64,000 nt of DNA from NCBI RefSeq assembly GCF_964204645.1, contig NC_134027.1, forward strand, positions 15,842,485 through 15,906,484, written 5' to 3'. Positions within the stretch are counted from its first letter, which is position 1. Each line of letters begins with the position of its first letter. This DNA is from Tubulanus polymorphus (lineage: Eukaryota; Animalia; Nemertea). The position numbers were made by a program, and so were the translations under genes. Below, in pieces: positions 37,546 to 51,457 of this stretch. A model generated the notes under the pieces. It saw only the letters and a program-made list of their open reading frames with translations, searched no databases and was not told where the DNA came from.

Positions 37546-39005
37546 ATATAATAGGCCTATAGACAAATAAATACCGGTAGGCTTTCTTATAATCTTAGCT
37601 TCCACACTTCACAACCGAACCAACTGACCAACCAGTAGTATATTTAGTCCCAGTACGCACCAACCGGCACAGGCCTAACACTGTTCGTCAACTGTGTGTA
37701 CCGTTGTAGGCTATCGATAATCACCTGATACTTTTCTGTCGTTTGTTTTCTCTCTCTGAGACGAAGACGAACGTAATTCTAGTAGCCTTCCGCGACTCAA
37801 CGACCTTGATTTAAACTTGATCAATTCAAAGTGTGTTTATTGACGCTTTTGGTTACATGAACTGATCAGCAATATACTTAAATAAAATAACCGGAATAAC
37901 AAGAAATCAAAAATATTAAAGAGGTAACAAACAAATGCCCGTAAACCTGTCAGACACGCGAACGCCCGACTCGTAAACTCTTGGACTCGGACCCGCTGAG
38001 CAATAAATTCATAAAATTGACTTTGAAATTGATTGTGGAGAAGAGAGGGAATTATTCGATAGCTCTTCCTCGAAAAGAAGAGAGAAATATCGGTAAGAAA
38101 ACACAACATGGCTACTAATTGAACGGAGCCAAATTTCCGATGTTTACGGCTCGACAGTGCCTTTATAACGTGGATTTATCAAAATTCCCATGCAGAATCT
38201 GGAGATTGAAGTGAGCTGAAGGACATCATACGGATTGTATCGGCGACAGCGGTAAGGTAAGGAAGCCTTTACACTTTTAACAAAAACTATGTGGAAAAGG
38301 GAAAAAAAAAATAATAATCACGCGAATTTCAATAGGGTTTTCTGTGAAGAAACAGAAAACCCTAAATATTGAAATTTATTTTTCTCAAAGAATTATTTTG
38401 TAGTCAAATTAGACCAAAAATATACATACTCTACGGTGAAAAGTCAAAAATTTTGTAGGGTACACGTACGTAGGGACACCATTTTATATTTTGAAAAAAT
38501 ATTTTTCACAATATGAAAAAATATTCAAATAAAATTCATATGATGTCACCAATCAGAGGGTGTTTGGATATTGAGTCTTGCAAAGCTCTTCCATTGTATG
38601 GCAGCAGAAGCTTAAATACCGGTACCGTAAAAAATAAGCGTATGTCGTGAATGTTTTAAATCTTGGATTTTACTACAAAAATATTCAGACCTCGACCTAT
38701 ACCTAGTCTGTATTTTCAGGTCACAAGAAATTACAATTTATCAACTTAAATTATAATTAAGTTAATTACAAAATTTAATTCTCCTCTAGAGTGTAATTAA
38801 ACCATTTAATCATCATTAGTTTATTATTAAAAACAAAACGCTGCAAATATTATTCATGGAATTTGGTGTTTATTAATTGACAAAGGCAATTCCTACACTT
38901 ATTCAGTTTTTCAGATTGTTTAGCTGAATAATTTGGATTTTTTGCCTTTTGTAAAAAAGGAATATCAATACTCTAAATTCTATTGATTTATTTTCAAACA
39001 TCCTA

Positions 39006-42000
39006 CAGGGATGATAACAGACCATTATTGAAAAGGCGGAAACGAGCGCCGTAGGCGCGAAGTAATTACGGGGGGTCTGGGGGCCCTCCCCCAGAAAATT
39101 TTTGATTTTCACATCATCTCAGATCGTTTTTCAGCAGTTTTCCGATTGAAATTTCACTCAGCAAAGCCAAAAAATCAAACAACATCGTCCATGTTTTACA
39201 CAACACACTGCTAGTTCCAAGACGGCAGGGACATAATTGATGCAGAGACAACTATAATGTAACTAGTAGGTTCGAATCCCACATTGATCAATCTTCTTGA
39301 AAGCGACGATCACTTGCCCACGCAATAGATAATTGAATTAGACTTTATTTTCCAGCATGCATCATTAAAGCACTAATTTTTAATAAACTGATATCACAAC
39401 AAGCTAGATTTCCATAAAAAAAACTTAAATAGAACAGTGGGTTATCTTATGAATTTTCTAACGAAGTAAGGTTTGGAAAAATATTCTATAAAACACATGT
39501 ACACATCATTACCAATCTAAACATACTACATGTACATAGTCAGTACAGTCAGTCGGCATCATTTTATTTAACAAAACACATAAATGTTTTTCCAATAGTG
39601 GACAAGCCAGAGATTACTTCTTTTTTAATAGTCTTACAAGTTCCATCTGCTTATGTCTTTTAGCTTGTCGTTGTTTTGCACGCATAGCAGATACATGTGC
39701 CTCTCGGGCTTTCTTTGCAGCTGAGATGCACTGTTCGCGGGCTTTGCGTTTTGAAACTTTCTTAACCTCTTTAGCCTGAAGTTCCTCCATACGAGCCGCT
39801 TTCTTATCTTTTTCACCCTGCAATTCATCCTTGTATCGTTTAGCTGCAGTGTTCATATTTTTAACGAGATTTGGACACACAGGGTCATGAAGAATATCTT
39901 CTCTTTTGAAAAAGTCTACAGCTGACGTTTTGCCTAATCCGTATTTCACACTCTGGATTGCGCTGAAAGATTTGACATGAAGTCTATTGGTTGTGCTGTT
40001 CAGAATTTCGCCCATAATGCTAAACGAGCTCTCGACAACTGGGCAACTGAAACAGCTAAGTAAAGCAAATACCATGCGACAGAGGTATGGATATTTGCCC
40101 AAATCATGTACAGCAGCCCACCAGGAATCGATTCTAACTTGCTTTCCATCTTTATCAACTGCTGCTGGCAGACTGGAATCCGAGTGGAATTTATGCACTT
40201 CTAATTTATAACAGTTGATCTCCGTTTCATTAGCCAGAACATTGACGACTAATTGTGGGAGTTTTTTCATATATTTCAGTGCCGTTTCATGTCGCTGGCA
40301 TTTTGGGTCTATTGCCGAGATATACCGGAGAAGTTTATTGTCGATAGGCATTTTTTTAGCGAGGTACTGGGCGGTATTGAGATAGGCCCTCTCGACACGA
40401 TCATGAAAGTCTTTGACAAACTGGGATGATTTATTTTCCCCCGCAATTATTTGGGATGCAGATTCGCCTATGAACATCTCAGTGGTTGGCAGGAGGTTTT
40501 CTGAGATTATCAGAGAAGACAACTTTCGATCCGATTCAGGAATTGCAGATGGTTTAACACAAAGGGAAATGAAATCCCTGAATAATTGACATTGCTCATC
40601 ATTGAGCTTGTGGACACATGGCTCTTCAACAGTTTGGAATAAGAGTACATATCTTTTTAGAACTGGCAATACCGCCGTGTAAAAATGCACATAAAGCTTA
40701 AGCTTTTTACGCTGAATGATGAGTTTATCGATAATTCGTAGCTTTCTTTCTTTTCCTTCCGCTGTCAGATTTTTCCATTTGGCGGCAGCAGCAACATAGA
40801 TTTTTTTGATCTCATCTTTCGTGGGTTCAGACAAGTTAAATTTGCGATATATGTCAACACATAGAGCCAAATACACGATTTTGTCTTTCTGTATAAATCC
40901 ATAGTACAGCAGAGTATATCCATCGATTTTGCGAATAAGGTCTGACGCCGCATCATGGACCGCTAGCCATCGGGTTCCGACGTACCGCTCGGGCATCGAA
41001 AACCCAATGCCTAAGAGATCAAGGATAATTTGGAGCCAGTTTTCTACGTCCTTAGAAAAATGCAAATCACTTGCAATATCGGTTATCAATTTCTCTATGA
41101 ATCCATCAAATTCTTTTGTGAAATGTTTCGCGGCGTTGTGAGTGTGATGTATCGAATCACCGTCGATGTCAAGCAAATGCTGGGCCAAATTATCCTTTAT
41201 TAACTTCTCCAAGCCAGTTTTACTACCTCTCATGACGTTACAGCTGTCGAGGAGGACAGACATTAATCGGTTATAATCTAAATCACGCTGCTGGAAAACC
41301 TCAACCAAAGCACTATAAACAGATGCGCTAGTGGTAGAAATAAGATTACATGAGGCCAAATGTCTGACAACAACTTGTCTCTCCTTCTCACTAAAGTAAC
41401 TGACAAGGATCGACAGAACTTTTTTTGTGGATTGGCTTGTAGCCTCATCGATGTTTAGTGAATAGAACGTATTTCTGAGTTCATCCGCTAACTGTTCTTC
41501 GGTGGTTTGCGCCAGACCCAGTCGCATCTTATATGAAGCCGCTAAACGACCCATAGACAATTTGCTTAATGCTGCCCGATCCATGGCAAGTGCTTTTGCC
41601 AACTCAATCAATTTTGGAGACTGAGAAAACGGCAATGAGTTTTCAGCAATATATGAAAGAACTAAAGCCTCCTGGCTTACGACCCGGTCCGATATTGGGA
41701 CTTTAGGTTTAGCGGTCGTCGTAACGGCCTGTTGTTCATTATTTGGATTTTGGAATATTGGGCAGATCCCGTAAGATCGACCAACATCGGCTCCCGAACT
41801 ACCTGAAAGTGAATGCAAATTCTAGTTCTTTATTCGGTTTGATTTTACAATTTAAGAAAAACTTGAAAATCGTCTAATTTTATTTACAAATATTAACCTG
41901 TGTGGCATGTGAACGTAGGCCTACTTACCTGGAAGTACGTAATTAGATCTCCGTTCTTTGACGATGTCAACGTGTTTCTGAGTTTTAGCGTGGTTTTCAA

Positions 42001-42581
42001 GCGCAATTCGACCCTTACTTCCGTATTTTATTTCTGTTTGGCACCAGAGACAATAAGCTTTCCCCGGTATGTCTATCTTCCTCACGAAGTCAGCGAGAGG
42101 AATCCCATCAACCATTTTCTCCAGCCAATCCCACTTCCATAGGTTTTTTTTAAATTCTTTTTGGTCGATTGTCCTGGGGTCAATCGTCCCAACTCTCTCA
42201 ACAATTTTCCACATGATTCTATATCGCAATTTCACACTACGCACACGTGTTTAAAACACAAGCATGTACTATTAAAAACGACCACCGCTCGGTGAAAAAT
42301 CAATAATGTAGATACATGTATATACATATATCCAGACACGCGCTCGCCAACCGACAGAGAAAACTTTGTTAGTATACAAATGCCGCTAAATGATCGCATT
42401 TAAAAATAGATCGGGAAACGATTTTATGGTCATGCCAATCTATCCTTACAATGCTGGAAAACCACAGTCATCGTCCTAACCCCCACCCCATTTTTTCAAC
42501 GGATATGCATTGATCTGAGAAATGATAAAAATTGATTGAAAAGGCGGAAATCCGCCGATCGGCGGAAAATTATCATCCCTG
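39006..42581 (-). mobile_element. Full-length hAT-like DNA transposon, 12-bp TIR, 6-bp TSD
   Basis: TIR CAGGGATGATAA / TTATCATCCCTG. ATCCTA is duplicated at 39000-39005 and 42582-42587. The motif attgaaaaggcggaaa sits near both ends. Confidence 0.92.
39614..42214 (-). CDS. hAT-family transposase, two exons (42214-41929 and 41802-39614), about 824 aa, apparently intact
   Basis: Exon 1 has a BED-like zinc finger (W..W...AYCLWC...LENHAKTQKH). The 126-bp intron GTAAGT...tttcAG is phase 1. Exon 2 has NIDEAT (D), LLDSC (D), DSIH (C/DxxH), GTRW, and the C-terminal dimerization domain IDSWW...YPYLCRMV..LLS...VESSFS (E). No internal stops. Confidence 0.9.
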
Positions 42582-45327
42582 ATCCTATGTCTTTGTCAGC
42601 ACGACCACCTCATACTTAGAAGTATTGAATTAATTGATTTTGTCCATACATATGATAGATTTCTGTCAGTAGAGTACATATCTATGGAGTTATAGTGTTA
42701 AAAATTGCTAATCACTGCTCGGATATAAACCCCATTTATACGAGGATTTTATTTTGCTGACTGGGAGGTTAGTTTCTATTTAAAAACTTAAGAGACATCT
42801 TGCTAAGTTTTTCCACTGGTTCCTGAGACCTTTCAGAGCAATCTTTAACTCCCAAAGGAGTGAATTTCTCTTTTTGTCTAAACAAGGAAGGTTGTTGATG
42901 CTTGAACAGCAAACGGCTGTCTAAAGTTCCACCATTTTGATACAGTTAAATTGTAATTAAGTTGCCTAACGTAATTAGTTAATTTTGTAATTTAACCCTT
43001 TCGTGAAACTGAATTTCAATCGTAATTAACTAATCATATTTAAATTTTATCATGTTTTGGGTCCTACTTATAATCAAAATTAATTGTGCTTTATGAAACC
43101 GGCCCCAGGTGTTGAAAAAAAAACTGACAAAATAATGAACAGAATGCGACTGCTGATGAGATAAATAGCTGATAGCGCTATTGACTATTGAGTCAATTGT
43201 TTTATCGTGGCTCAGAATTCATGACTGTCCTAAATAGAGAGTGACCATAACACCGTACACAAAAGCCCACAGCCATATACAGTGAAACCATACGGGTTGG
43301 CAGGTCTGATCATGGCGCACTGTGGAGTAAGTATGTTCAACTTTGATGATACACATGGTAATGGGTTTTCCCTATGACTCACTTGCACATGGCAGAAAAG
43401 CATGGCACTGTAGCTCGTTTGGCAAGGGCAATGCCTATGAAACACCTCGTGCCTGAGAGAATGAGGGATTCTGAACGAGTGCCCCCTTTATTTGAAGGTA
43501 GGCAAACATGGTGCCGTCATTCCACACACTATTCATAATGTGTCTATGTACTATATCAAAATCACACTTGAATTATACAAGTGTTGACTTATGAGAAATG
43601 ATCGAAATCTAGCAATTTGATTAGGGAAATAAAAACACTATAGTTCAAAAAGTTGAACAAGAGCCCCATGGGGCATATCTAGGAACAGATCCACGGACCC
43701 ATGGACAACGAAAAAGGCAAGTTAAGTATCCATGCAGACAAATCAAGGGTTTAAAAACATGAAATTTCAGTGCAATTTTATACAATTTCTAGGTACTGAG
43801 ACATCTCATTAGTTACTGGTGGAAAAAGTGCCCTGAAAAATATTGCCGTTGTATTTTCAAAACGGCATAGGCAAATATATTGCAACAGGAGCACGTGCCT
43901 GTTGTGTTCCTGCCACTGAGGTCTTTATTAGATCATTTCCATTACTTTTTTTGCAGAAACTTCGGAAAGATAGGAATTATCTTACCTTAAAGAGTGAAGG
44001 AAACACATCATGTTCAGGGGTCCGTGCATTAATATATAATAAAGTAACCTACATAGTTGAACCAAGTAAACTTTATGAAAATCTGTCAAATGAAACGATC
44101 TCAGCATTATACACACGTAATAATCACACACAGCGGCTTGACTCATCATGAATATTTAAGAGGTAGTGGGTGTTCCCGAATGACACAAATAGACATGCTC
44201 CTGTGTACAGCATAAACCGCTGATGCTGAATGATTTCCTTTACGTATAACATACACTGTGTACGGAATTAAAATGAAGTTTGTTAGACAATTTATAGTTA
44301 TAAATTGGAAAATTATCAAGATTCATTGCCTCTTTTTGGATTTCAACATATTTTGTTCATTTAGCCAATCAGTGCGTATCAAAAAATATTTTGCCTGGGC
44401 GCTAGGTGGCGGAGCCTTTCTCTATACACAGATAATCACTTTTGCAACAAACCAACCTGCTACAACTGCACAAATACACAGTAAAATAGTCTCATCTTTC
44501 CTGGGTGCTCGCTTTAGCAGCCTTTAGGCTTTGCTTGGCCCTCATAGAAAATTATATACGTAACATCATTTTTTTTTCTCTAGCATCTTAATCATATATT
44601 TTATTAAAATATCATACTTTTCTAAAATCTGTTATTGTAAATATTATTATGTTGTACGTTCTTTTCAATGAAATAAATAAACTTGAACTTGAACACACTT
44701 CAGAGGTTCATATGCGGAGAAAATAGGCCGCCAAAATATTTCCTCAATCGACGATTTTTTTCACTTTCACATGTGGAACCTGGGCAATTTTACCTTCAAT
44801 CACCAGGGTTGGGCCTACCCAACCAATGTTTTGCTTCTGATGTGTGTTAGATGCATGTTCTTTGATCACAGGTGCTTCGACATGTAACACATTTACATTT
44901 ACACGTTTGACATGTACATGTTACAGGATAAAACCACAATGTTACAGGATAAAAACCACTCGCAGTGAAAAGACTGCAATTTTTGCTAATTTTGAGAATC
45001 GCATCAACGCGGCTCATTAATCAGGCTTATCGATTAGGGGCAAAACTTTTGTCGGAAGATTTAAAGGAACGCTAGTTAAAGATAATGATGCGTCTTTGAA
45101 ATTATATTTCTCTCAGCTGTTTTAACAGAAGCTAAGCGATATTTCACTGATAGCATTTTATTTTAATACAAAGCCATTGCAATAGACAGCCCTACAGGGC
45201 TGTCGGCAGCAGAGCTGCCGCTAAAAACTACATCCAACGGTCTAATCATTTAAAAGCTTTAACCTCAGGCCTTTTTTTCAAAAGCTTGGTTTACGGGACC
45301 CGCCTCCTGAATAAAAAAATAAATTAA

Positions 45328-46616
45328 ACTAGGGGTCCAGGGACACCATGTCCACTTGGGAAGTGTTCAAATGCTCAACAATCTAACAATTTCAATATTC
45401 AATGCCCCCTGGTGACCATATACAAAAACCAATGACCTTGAAACTCACCACAATCATAGAATATGTCAGCAGCTATGATTTTGAAATTGATTGTGATAAC
45501 AAAATATGCTTCGTTACCAATTTAATAAGGCAATACTAAGTTATACTATTCAACGCCCCCTGGTGACCATATGCAAAACCCAATGACCTTGAAACTCACC
45601 ACAAACATAGAACATGTCATGAACTACAATTTTGCAATTGATCATGGTAACAAAATATCCCTAGGTACCAATCTAATAATGAAATACCAAGTTCTTCTAC
45701 TATTCAACGCCCCCTGGTTACCATATAGAATAACTTATGTCCTTGAAACTCACGACAATCATAGACAATGTCATGAGCTACAACTTTGCAATTGATTGTG
45801 GTAACAAAATATGCGTAGGTACAATACTGTAATACTATAACATAGAAATACTAAGTTATTGTATAATTCAATGCCCCCTGGTGGCCATATACAAAAAGCA
45901 ATAACCTTGAAACTCACCAATATCATAGAAAACGTTATGAGCTGCAACTTTCCAATTGAATATAGTAACACAATATGCTCAAGTATGAATTTAATGTGGA
46001 AAAACTTTTTCCCACCTACGAATGAGTACTGATGACGCCAAGATGGCTGCCAATTGTGCCATAATTGGCTGATCAAAAATACATATCTCCCATATAAAAC
46101 ATCCATTTCACAAATTGCAATGAGAAATGGCAAACCAGTAGGAAGCTACAGGACTCAGAATTTGGGCCAAAATTGACATTTTTGGCCACTAAAAAGGTAA
46201 TAGGACGGCCATCTTGAGTCCAATCGACCCAAATTTTCTTAGGTTGATGGGCCCTTGGGGGATTCAAATATATACAAACAAACAAGGTAATTGATAAAAG
46301 CGTCTTCAAAATTTCCCTCGAAAACTTCGAAAATGTGTATAAAGTGCTGATTTTGGCGAACAACAATGGCTGCCAGTAGGCCATCTTGAATCTGACAGGC
46401 AGGGCCAGTTTTTGGCCTGAAGATGTGTCTAGGGTAGATACATGTATAAATACCAAATATCAAGACATTACCTTGAAGCGTCTTCAAAACTTCCGAAAAA
46501 ACAAATTGATTCTGTCTACGGACGGACGAAGGCTACGACGTACGAACGGACGGACGGACGACGGACGAAAACGCGAACGCAATAGCCCGCTGGGACTAAA
46601 GTCCCAAGTGGGCTAA
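45328..46616 (-). mobile_element. Helentron/DINE-1-like family A, complete copy with internal 150-163 bp tandem array
   Basis: Runs actaggggtccagggacaccatgtCCACTTGGGA, four array units, (GGAC)n, then aatagcccgctgggactaaagTCCCAAGTGGgctaaaaa. A-rich (minus-strand TT) flanks and no TSD. Confidence 0.8.
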
Positions 46617-47581
46617 AAAATCTTTTTTCTATTTTTATTCCCGTCTGTGGAACAAATTCAGTGGAAAAACAAGCAACAAAAAGTTTTTCACCTCCGCCGA
46701 ATGAGAATCCTGGCTTGAATGAAACAATTGAAAAACGCAATGTTCTTTTATGATCACAGCGTGCAGAATTCGAACTTTCCAAGAATCATTTGTTAAGACA
46801 TATGTTTATTGCCCTATCAACAGTTCACTCTTCCTTCAAAGTGATTTTATCTCACTGAGGGGATTTTTTTTTAGTATCATTTCCTCCGAAATGATATTTT
46901 AATGGGTCTACACCATAAACCAAGCTATTAAAAAAAGGCCTTATCACAGGTACACTCTGCCGCCATAATTTGCCCATTCAGTGATAAAAACTTTCCCACG
47001 GTCTTACCAATTTTCTAATAATTTAGGGAAATATTTCTTCAAAAGCAAACTTTCCACTCTGCATTGATAAGATTAAAGGATCTATTCCTTTGACAAATCT
47101 TATCTCAACTCCCACCAACAAGTTTTTAGAAGTGATATGAAAATGACGTCATCGACCCATCTTATAACCTCACTTCTATCACTACTATCACCTTCATGAT
47201 TATGCCATGAAGGTAAAAATTGTCATGAGCTAAAATCTTGCAATTGATTGTGGTAACAAAGTATGCCTATGTACCAATACGATATGGAAATACTAAGATA
47301 TTCCCCTATTCAGTGGTGACCATATACAAAAACCAATCCTGAAAGTCAACACAATCATACAACATGTCATGAGCTAAAACTTTGCAATTGATTGCAGTTA
47401 CAAAATATGCATAGGTACCAATATAAATAGACAAATTGTATATAGCTGAGGGGTAAAATTAAATGTCAAAATTAATAATCGATGCTGCTCAGTAATAAAT
47501 GTATTTGATTCACGATGAGGATGACACTATGAACATAATTTGATACTTGTAGGGTTAGACAAACTTCAAGGAAAAACATAC

Positions 47582-47683
47582 TTCATCATTTTCCAATTTA
47601 AGCCCTTCAATTCGACATGTGAGCTGTTTCTGTCTTTGAATCAAGTCTTCCTGAATATTAAGCTGAGTGCATATATGACTATT
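47582..47683 (-). CDS. SRGAP: srGAP homologue, exon
   Basis: tttcAG|NSHICTQLNIQEDLIQRQKQLTCRIEGLKLENDE|GTATGT; 102 bp, phase 0; resembles srGAP QSRLATLKIENEE. Confidence 0.88.
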
Positions 47684-47715
47684 CTGAAAAAGATAATAAA
47701 GACAAAATGATAATA

Positions 47716-48460
47716 ACTAGAAAGTGCTATAGCACCACATATGTCATCCTGGTATGATTAAAAATAACCGAATCCGCTGTGACACTTTTTTCATCTGCTG
47801 CACAAAAATGGTTAAAGGTGGATTTGAACCCATTAGCTAATAGGTTAACTAGACACCCAATTCCTTGGAATACCATACAGAAATCAACATCTTCCTATTT
47901 GAAATTCTCGAGTATTTGGAACATGAACATGACAGATCCGAGCATTCACTTCAAAATCAAGTAAGTCTGGATGAATTTCAAGGGGGAGGGGTGAATTTAG
48001 GGGGGGGGATAACTGGTAATACATGAAAATAAACTGGGAATGAGCTATTCTGTATCGTGGTAAATTTGGATATTCCCATGAATTTTCTGAGTAATAGACA
48101 TGTACATGATGTAGTGAAATTCCTGAGTGCTAATGGGTTAAGTTTTCCTTGGAAGAGCGAGAGTGCTCACAAGAAATTAAAGATGCTCACTGTGGAAGCT
48201 CGTTAATTTTTGGTTGGTTTGTTTTTGACGTGTACCTCAATTTACAAACTAAGTTTTAGAGAAATCGAATGTGTATAGAGCGCCAGCAAGAAATTCAAGA
48301 TGTTCACCGTAGAGGCCATATTGGATGAGGGAGAAATCTAATTTTCATGAATATCGCATGTACTTTTGCAGTCTCAAGTGCGCTAACGAGGGAAAAGCGC
48401 ACGGCTCAGGACGTACAAGTAAAACAGAATGTCATCCCGCCCTATTGGGGTGACATAATT
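47716..48460 (-). mobile_element. Helentron-like non-autonomous element, separate family
   Basis: aactagaaagtgctatagcac..ATGTCATCC at one end and the hairpin ATGTCATCCcgccctattggggtgacat at the other. Confidence 0.5.
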
Positions 48461-49095
48461 AGTTTTTTTTCATTCTAAACACAGTAATGATGCTCCAGAC
48501 AAAGTTAAAATTTTAAAATCATTCTTAAACAAGCCGATTTGTGATATTCTTTGCCATGTAAAAAAGATGATAAAGTTTTTAGCCCTAAAATTTTGCAAAA
48601 AAGTATTTCTTTGTACATACGGACTCACTCGAAAACTAGTCTGTGTTAAGCCAAACAGACAATTAATTAGGGATGGCCTCGGGATGGCCAGGGTACCATA
48701 AAAGGAGGCACTTTTTTATTAAATTTATATGCTAGGGCATTATTAGACAAAGCAATTTTTGAGTACGTCGAAAATCGAAAAGATTATCTTGGTTTTTTAG
48801 ATCTAAAAATTCAATTTTTAATTGATGACAATGATTCTGTCTACAGTTGGATGTAGGTCCAGGACGGTGAAAAGTGAGCACTATAGCCTGCTGGAGCTAC
48901 AATGTTTACTTTCATACCACCTACAATACCACAGGCTAGCCCTGAGATAAATAACAATTATGAACACTACACATCCATCGGTTATAAGAACCTAGGATTC
49001 CACAGCAAAAATCCACTGCATGATGGACAGGAAGACAGATGAACAAACAGATGAAACACCTAATTCCAGAATACCCCCTAGGTTGCAGAGGTAAA

Positions 49096-50360
49096 ACTAG
49101 GGGTCCAGGGACACCATGCCCACTTGGGAAGTGGTTTCAAATGCTCAACAATCTAACAATTTCAATATTCAACGCCCCCGCGCCAAAATTGACATTTTTG
49201 GGCATGAAATAGGTCCTAGGAAGGCCATCTTTAGTCCGATAGACCCAATTTTTCTTGTGCCGATGGGCCCTTGGGGGATTCAAATATAAACGAAAAATAG
49301 AGGTAATTGATCAAAGCATCTTCAAAATTTCCCTCAAAAAACTAAACTAGAGGACTTCAAAGTCCTGAGGTTTGAAGAAGTAAAGTCTGATATATAGATT
49401 ATGAATTACATAAAAGAAAGGCAAATTATGAAAAGAAATTAATATTTCATTGGAGAAGTTAGTTCCAAAAAAATTTCAATTTGTTTTCCGTTTGCATTGC
49501 GCACGTGGTAATGATATTATTTACATCTGACGTCATCGATAAAATGTGTCACTCAGCTGAGCCTGCTTGTTAATCAACATAATTGGTTTACACTAACTAG
49601 GGGTCCAGAGACACCATGCCCACTTGGGAAGTGGTTTCAAATGCTCAACAATCTAACAATTTCAATATTCAACGCCCCCTGGTGACCAAACCAAAAACCA
49701 ATTACCTTGAAACTCACCACAATCATAGAACATGTCAGCAGCTACAATTTAGTAATTGATGGTGATAACAAAATATGCCTCGTTACCAATTGAATGGAAA
49801 TACTAAGTTATTCTACTATTCTACCCCCCTGGTGACCATATTCAAAACGCAATGACCTTGAAAATCACCACAATCATAGAACATGTCATGAACTACAACT
49901 TTGCAATTGATCATGGTAACAAAATATGCCTAGGTACCTATATAACAAGGAAATACTAAGTTACTCTACTATTCAACGCCCCCTGGTCACCATATAGAAT
50001 AACTAATGTCCTTAAAACTCACCACGATCATAGACGACGTCATGAGCTACAACTCTGCAATTGATTGTGGTAACAAAATATGCATTCGTACAAATATAAT
50101 ATAGAAATACTAAGATATTGTCCCTTTCCAAAGAATACCATCAGCAATTGCAATGAGAAATGGCAAACCAGAAGGAAGCTAAAGGACTCAGAATTCGGGC
50201 CAAAATTAACATTTTTGGGCACTTAAAAGGTCCTAGGACAACCATCTTGAGTCCATTCAACCCAATTTTTGTTATGCTGATGGGCCCTGGGGGGTTCAAA
50301 TATATACGAAAGATCAAGGTAATTGATCAAAGCGTCTTAAAGTCCCAAGTGGGCTAAAAA
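49096..50360 (-). mobile_element. Two further family A Helentron-like copies (49096-49340 deleted; 49596-50360 with array)
   Basis: The actaggggtccag terminus occurs twice, and the gtcccaagtgggctaaaaa terminus is at 50342-50360. Other partial copies lie at about 47215-47430, 51625-51899 and 58432-58730. Confidence 0.75.
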
Positions 50361-50669
50361 TGCGCTTATTTGAAAAACTATGTAGTGTATCAATCTGGAA
50401 TTTTCGGTACAACATCTGATGCTAAATACCTTTCTTCAAAGGTTTATCTGGTGTAAATTGGAACACAAACAATTCTAATATTTTGTTCATAACTTTTGAA
50501 GTGGAGGCCCCTGTCGGCACCAACGTGTGTATGGGTGTATGGATACTGGCGCTTACAATAGTCGCAGCATGGATGGTGTATTTATGCGCGAGTAGATGTG
50601 TTCTAACCGCTAAATCGGCATTCACTATGCATGATTTAAAAAAATGATATCATTCATTTAAGTATTTAA

Positions 50670-51457
50670 AGGCTGGCTTATGTCGACAAGCAACGTGACG
50701 CCTACCGACTCCTACCAACGCAACTGAGAGCAACCACGATCGCAGCCCAGCTTATGTCGACTGCGCTCCGATTCGCAGAAACTGAGGCCGACTAGCGGGA
50801 TATGAGATCCTCCCAGTTGCTTCCCTGCTTATGTCGGTTGCGATTACTAGCAACTGCAACAGCTCAAATGGTCACGTGATAAGCATTTTGAGAATTGAAT
50901 TATTAGGAAATATATTTCTATTAGAAAGCTATTTCTTTAAGACTTTGATCTCTCTGATTCTGTTTTGAATACAACGTGCTAGCGACATCATATAAAGATG
51001 GCCGCTCACACCATAATTCTACCAATTTCGTTTCTAGATCTTCGGTCCAGTCCTCTGCCGTGCTGAAGGTTTGGTTTACGTTTTGAACAACTTGAATTTG
51101 AAAGTTTATGACTAATTACGAATGACGCTAACTAGCGGTGATAATTTGTACTATGTATATGCGGTGTCCGATTGGATGGAACCCCTGCGCTCAGTTCCGT
51201 CGCGTCGCAGATTAGCTTATGTCGGTTGCGATCGAAAGCAACAGTCCGCCTACCGTAGGCCGGAGTAGAACATGGGCAACTAGCCGGATACGGCTTGCGA
51301 CGAGTCGGTAGGCGTCGGGTTGCCGTCGCAAGCCGGCTTATGTCGAACCGATAGAGCAGTAACTGGCAGCCTCTCGTAGGCCGCTAGTTGCCGCTAATCG
51401 GCGATAAACCCAGTTGTGTCGGTAGGCGTCGCGTTGCTTGTCGACATAAGCCAGCCT
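50670..51457. mobile_element. PIF/Harbinger-like MITE
   Basis: 40-bp TIR AGGCTGGCTTATGTCGACAAGCAACG[T/C]GACGCCTACCGAC and TAA TSD (50667-50669 and 51458-51460). Confidence 0.85.

Larger units (their letters stand above)
33964..38366 (-). mobile_element. Large Helentron-like non-autonomous element carrying nested insertions
   Basis: One end is aatatagctgcaaagcagcgatgacGGGTTTTCTGT (hairpin plus subTIR). The other is the hairpin atagggttttctgtgaagaaACAGAAAACCCtaaa. The 11-bp subterminal inverted repeat matches exactly. Confidence 0.65.
38750..43106. mobile_element. Second copy of the Harbinger-like element (left end truncated), split by the hAT insertion
   Basis: 38750-39005 and 42582-43106 are collinear with about 34750-35528. 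It ends gaaaccggccc followed by cag. Confidence 0.8.

Noticed and set aside
39987-42254. Short plus-strand ORFs overlapping the transposase, and the many 60-130 aa ORFs in introns
   Set aside because: They are antisense or chance ORFs in repeats with no recognisable domain.
47827-48141. piggyBac-like ends aacccattagc / gctaatgggttaa
   Set aside because: Only an 11-bp match and the left TTAA is imperfect, too weak to call.
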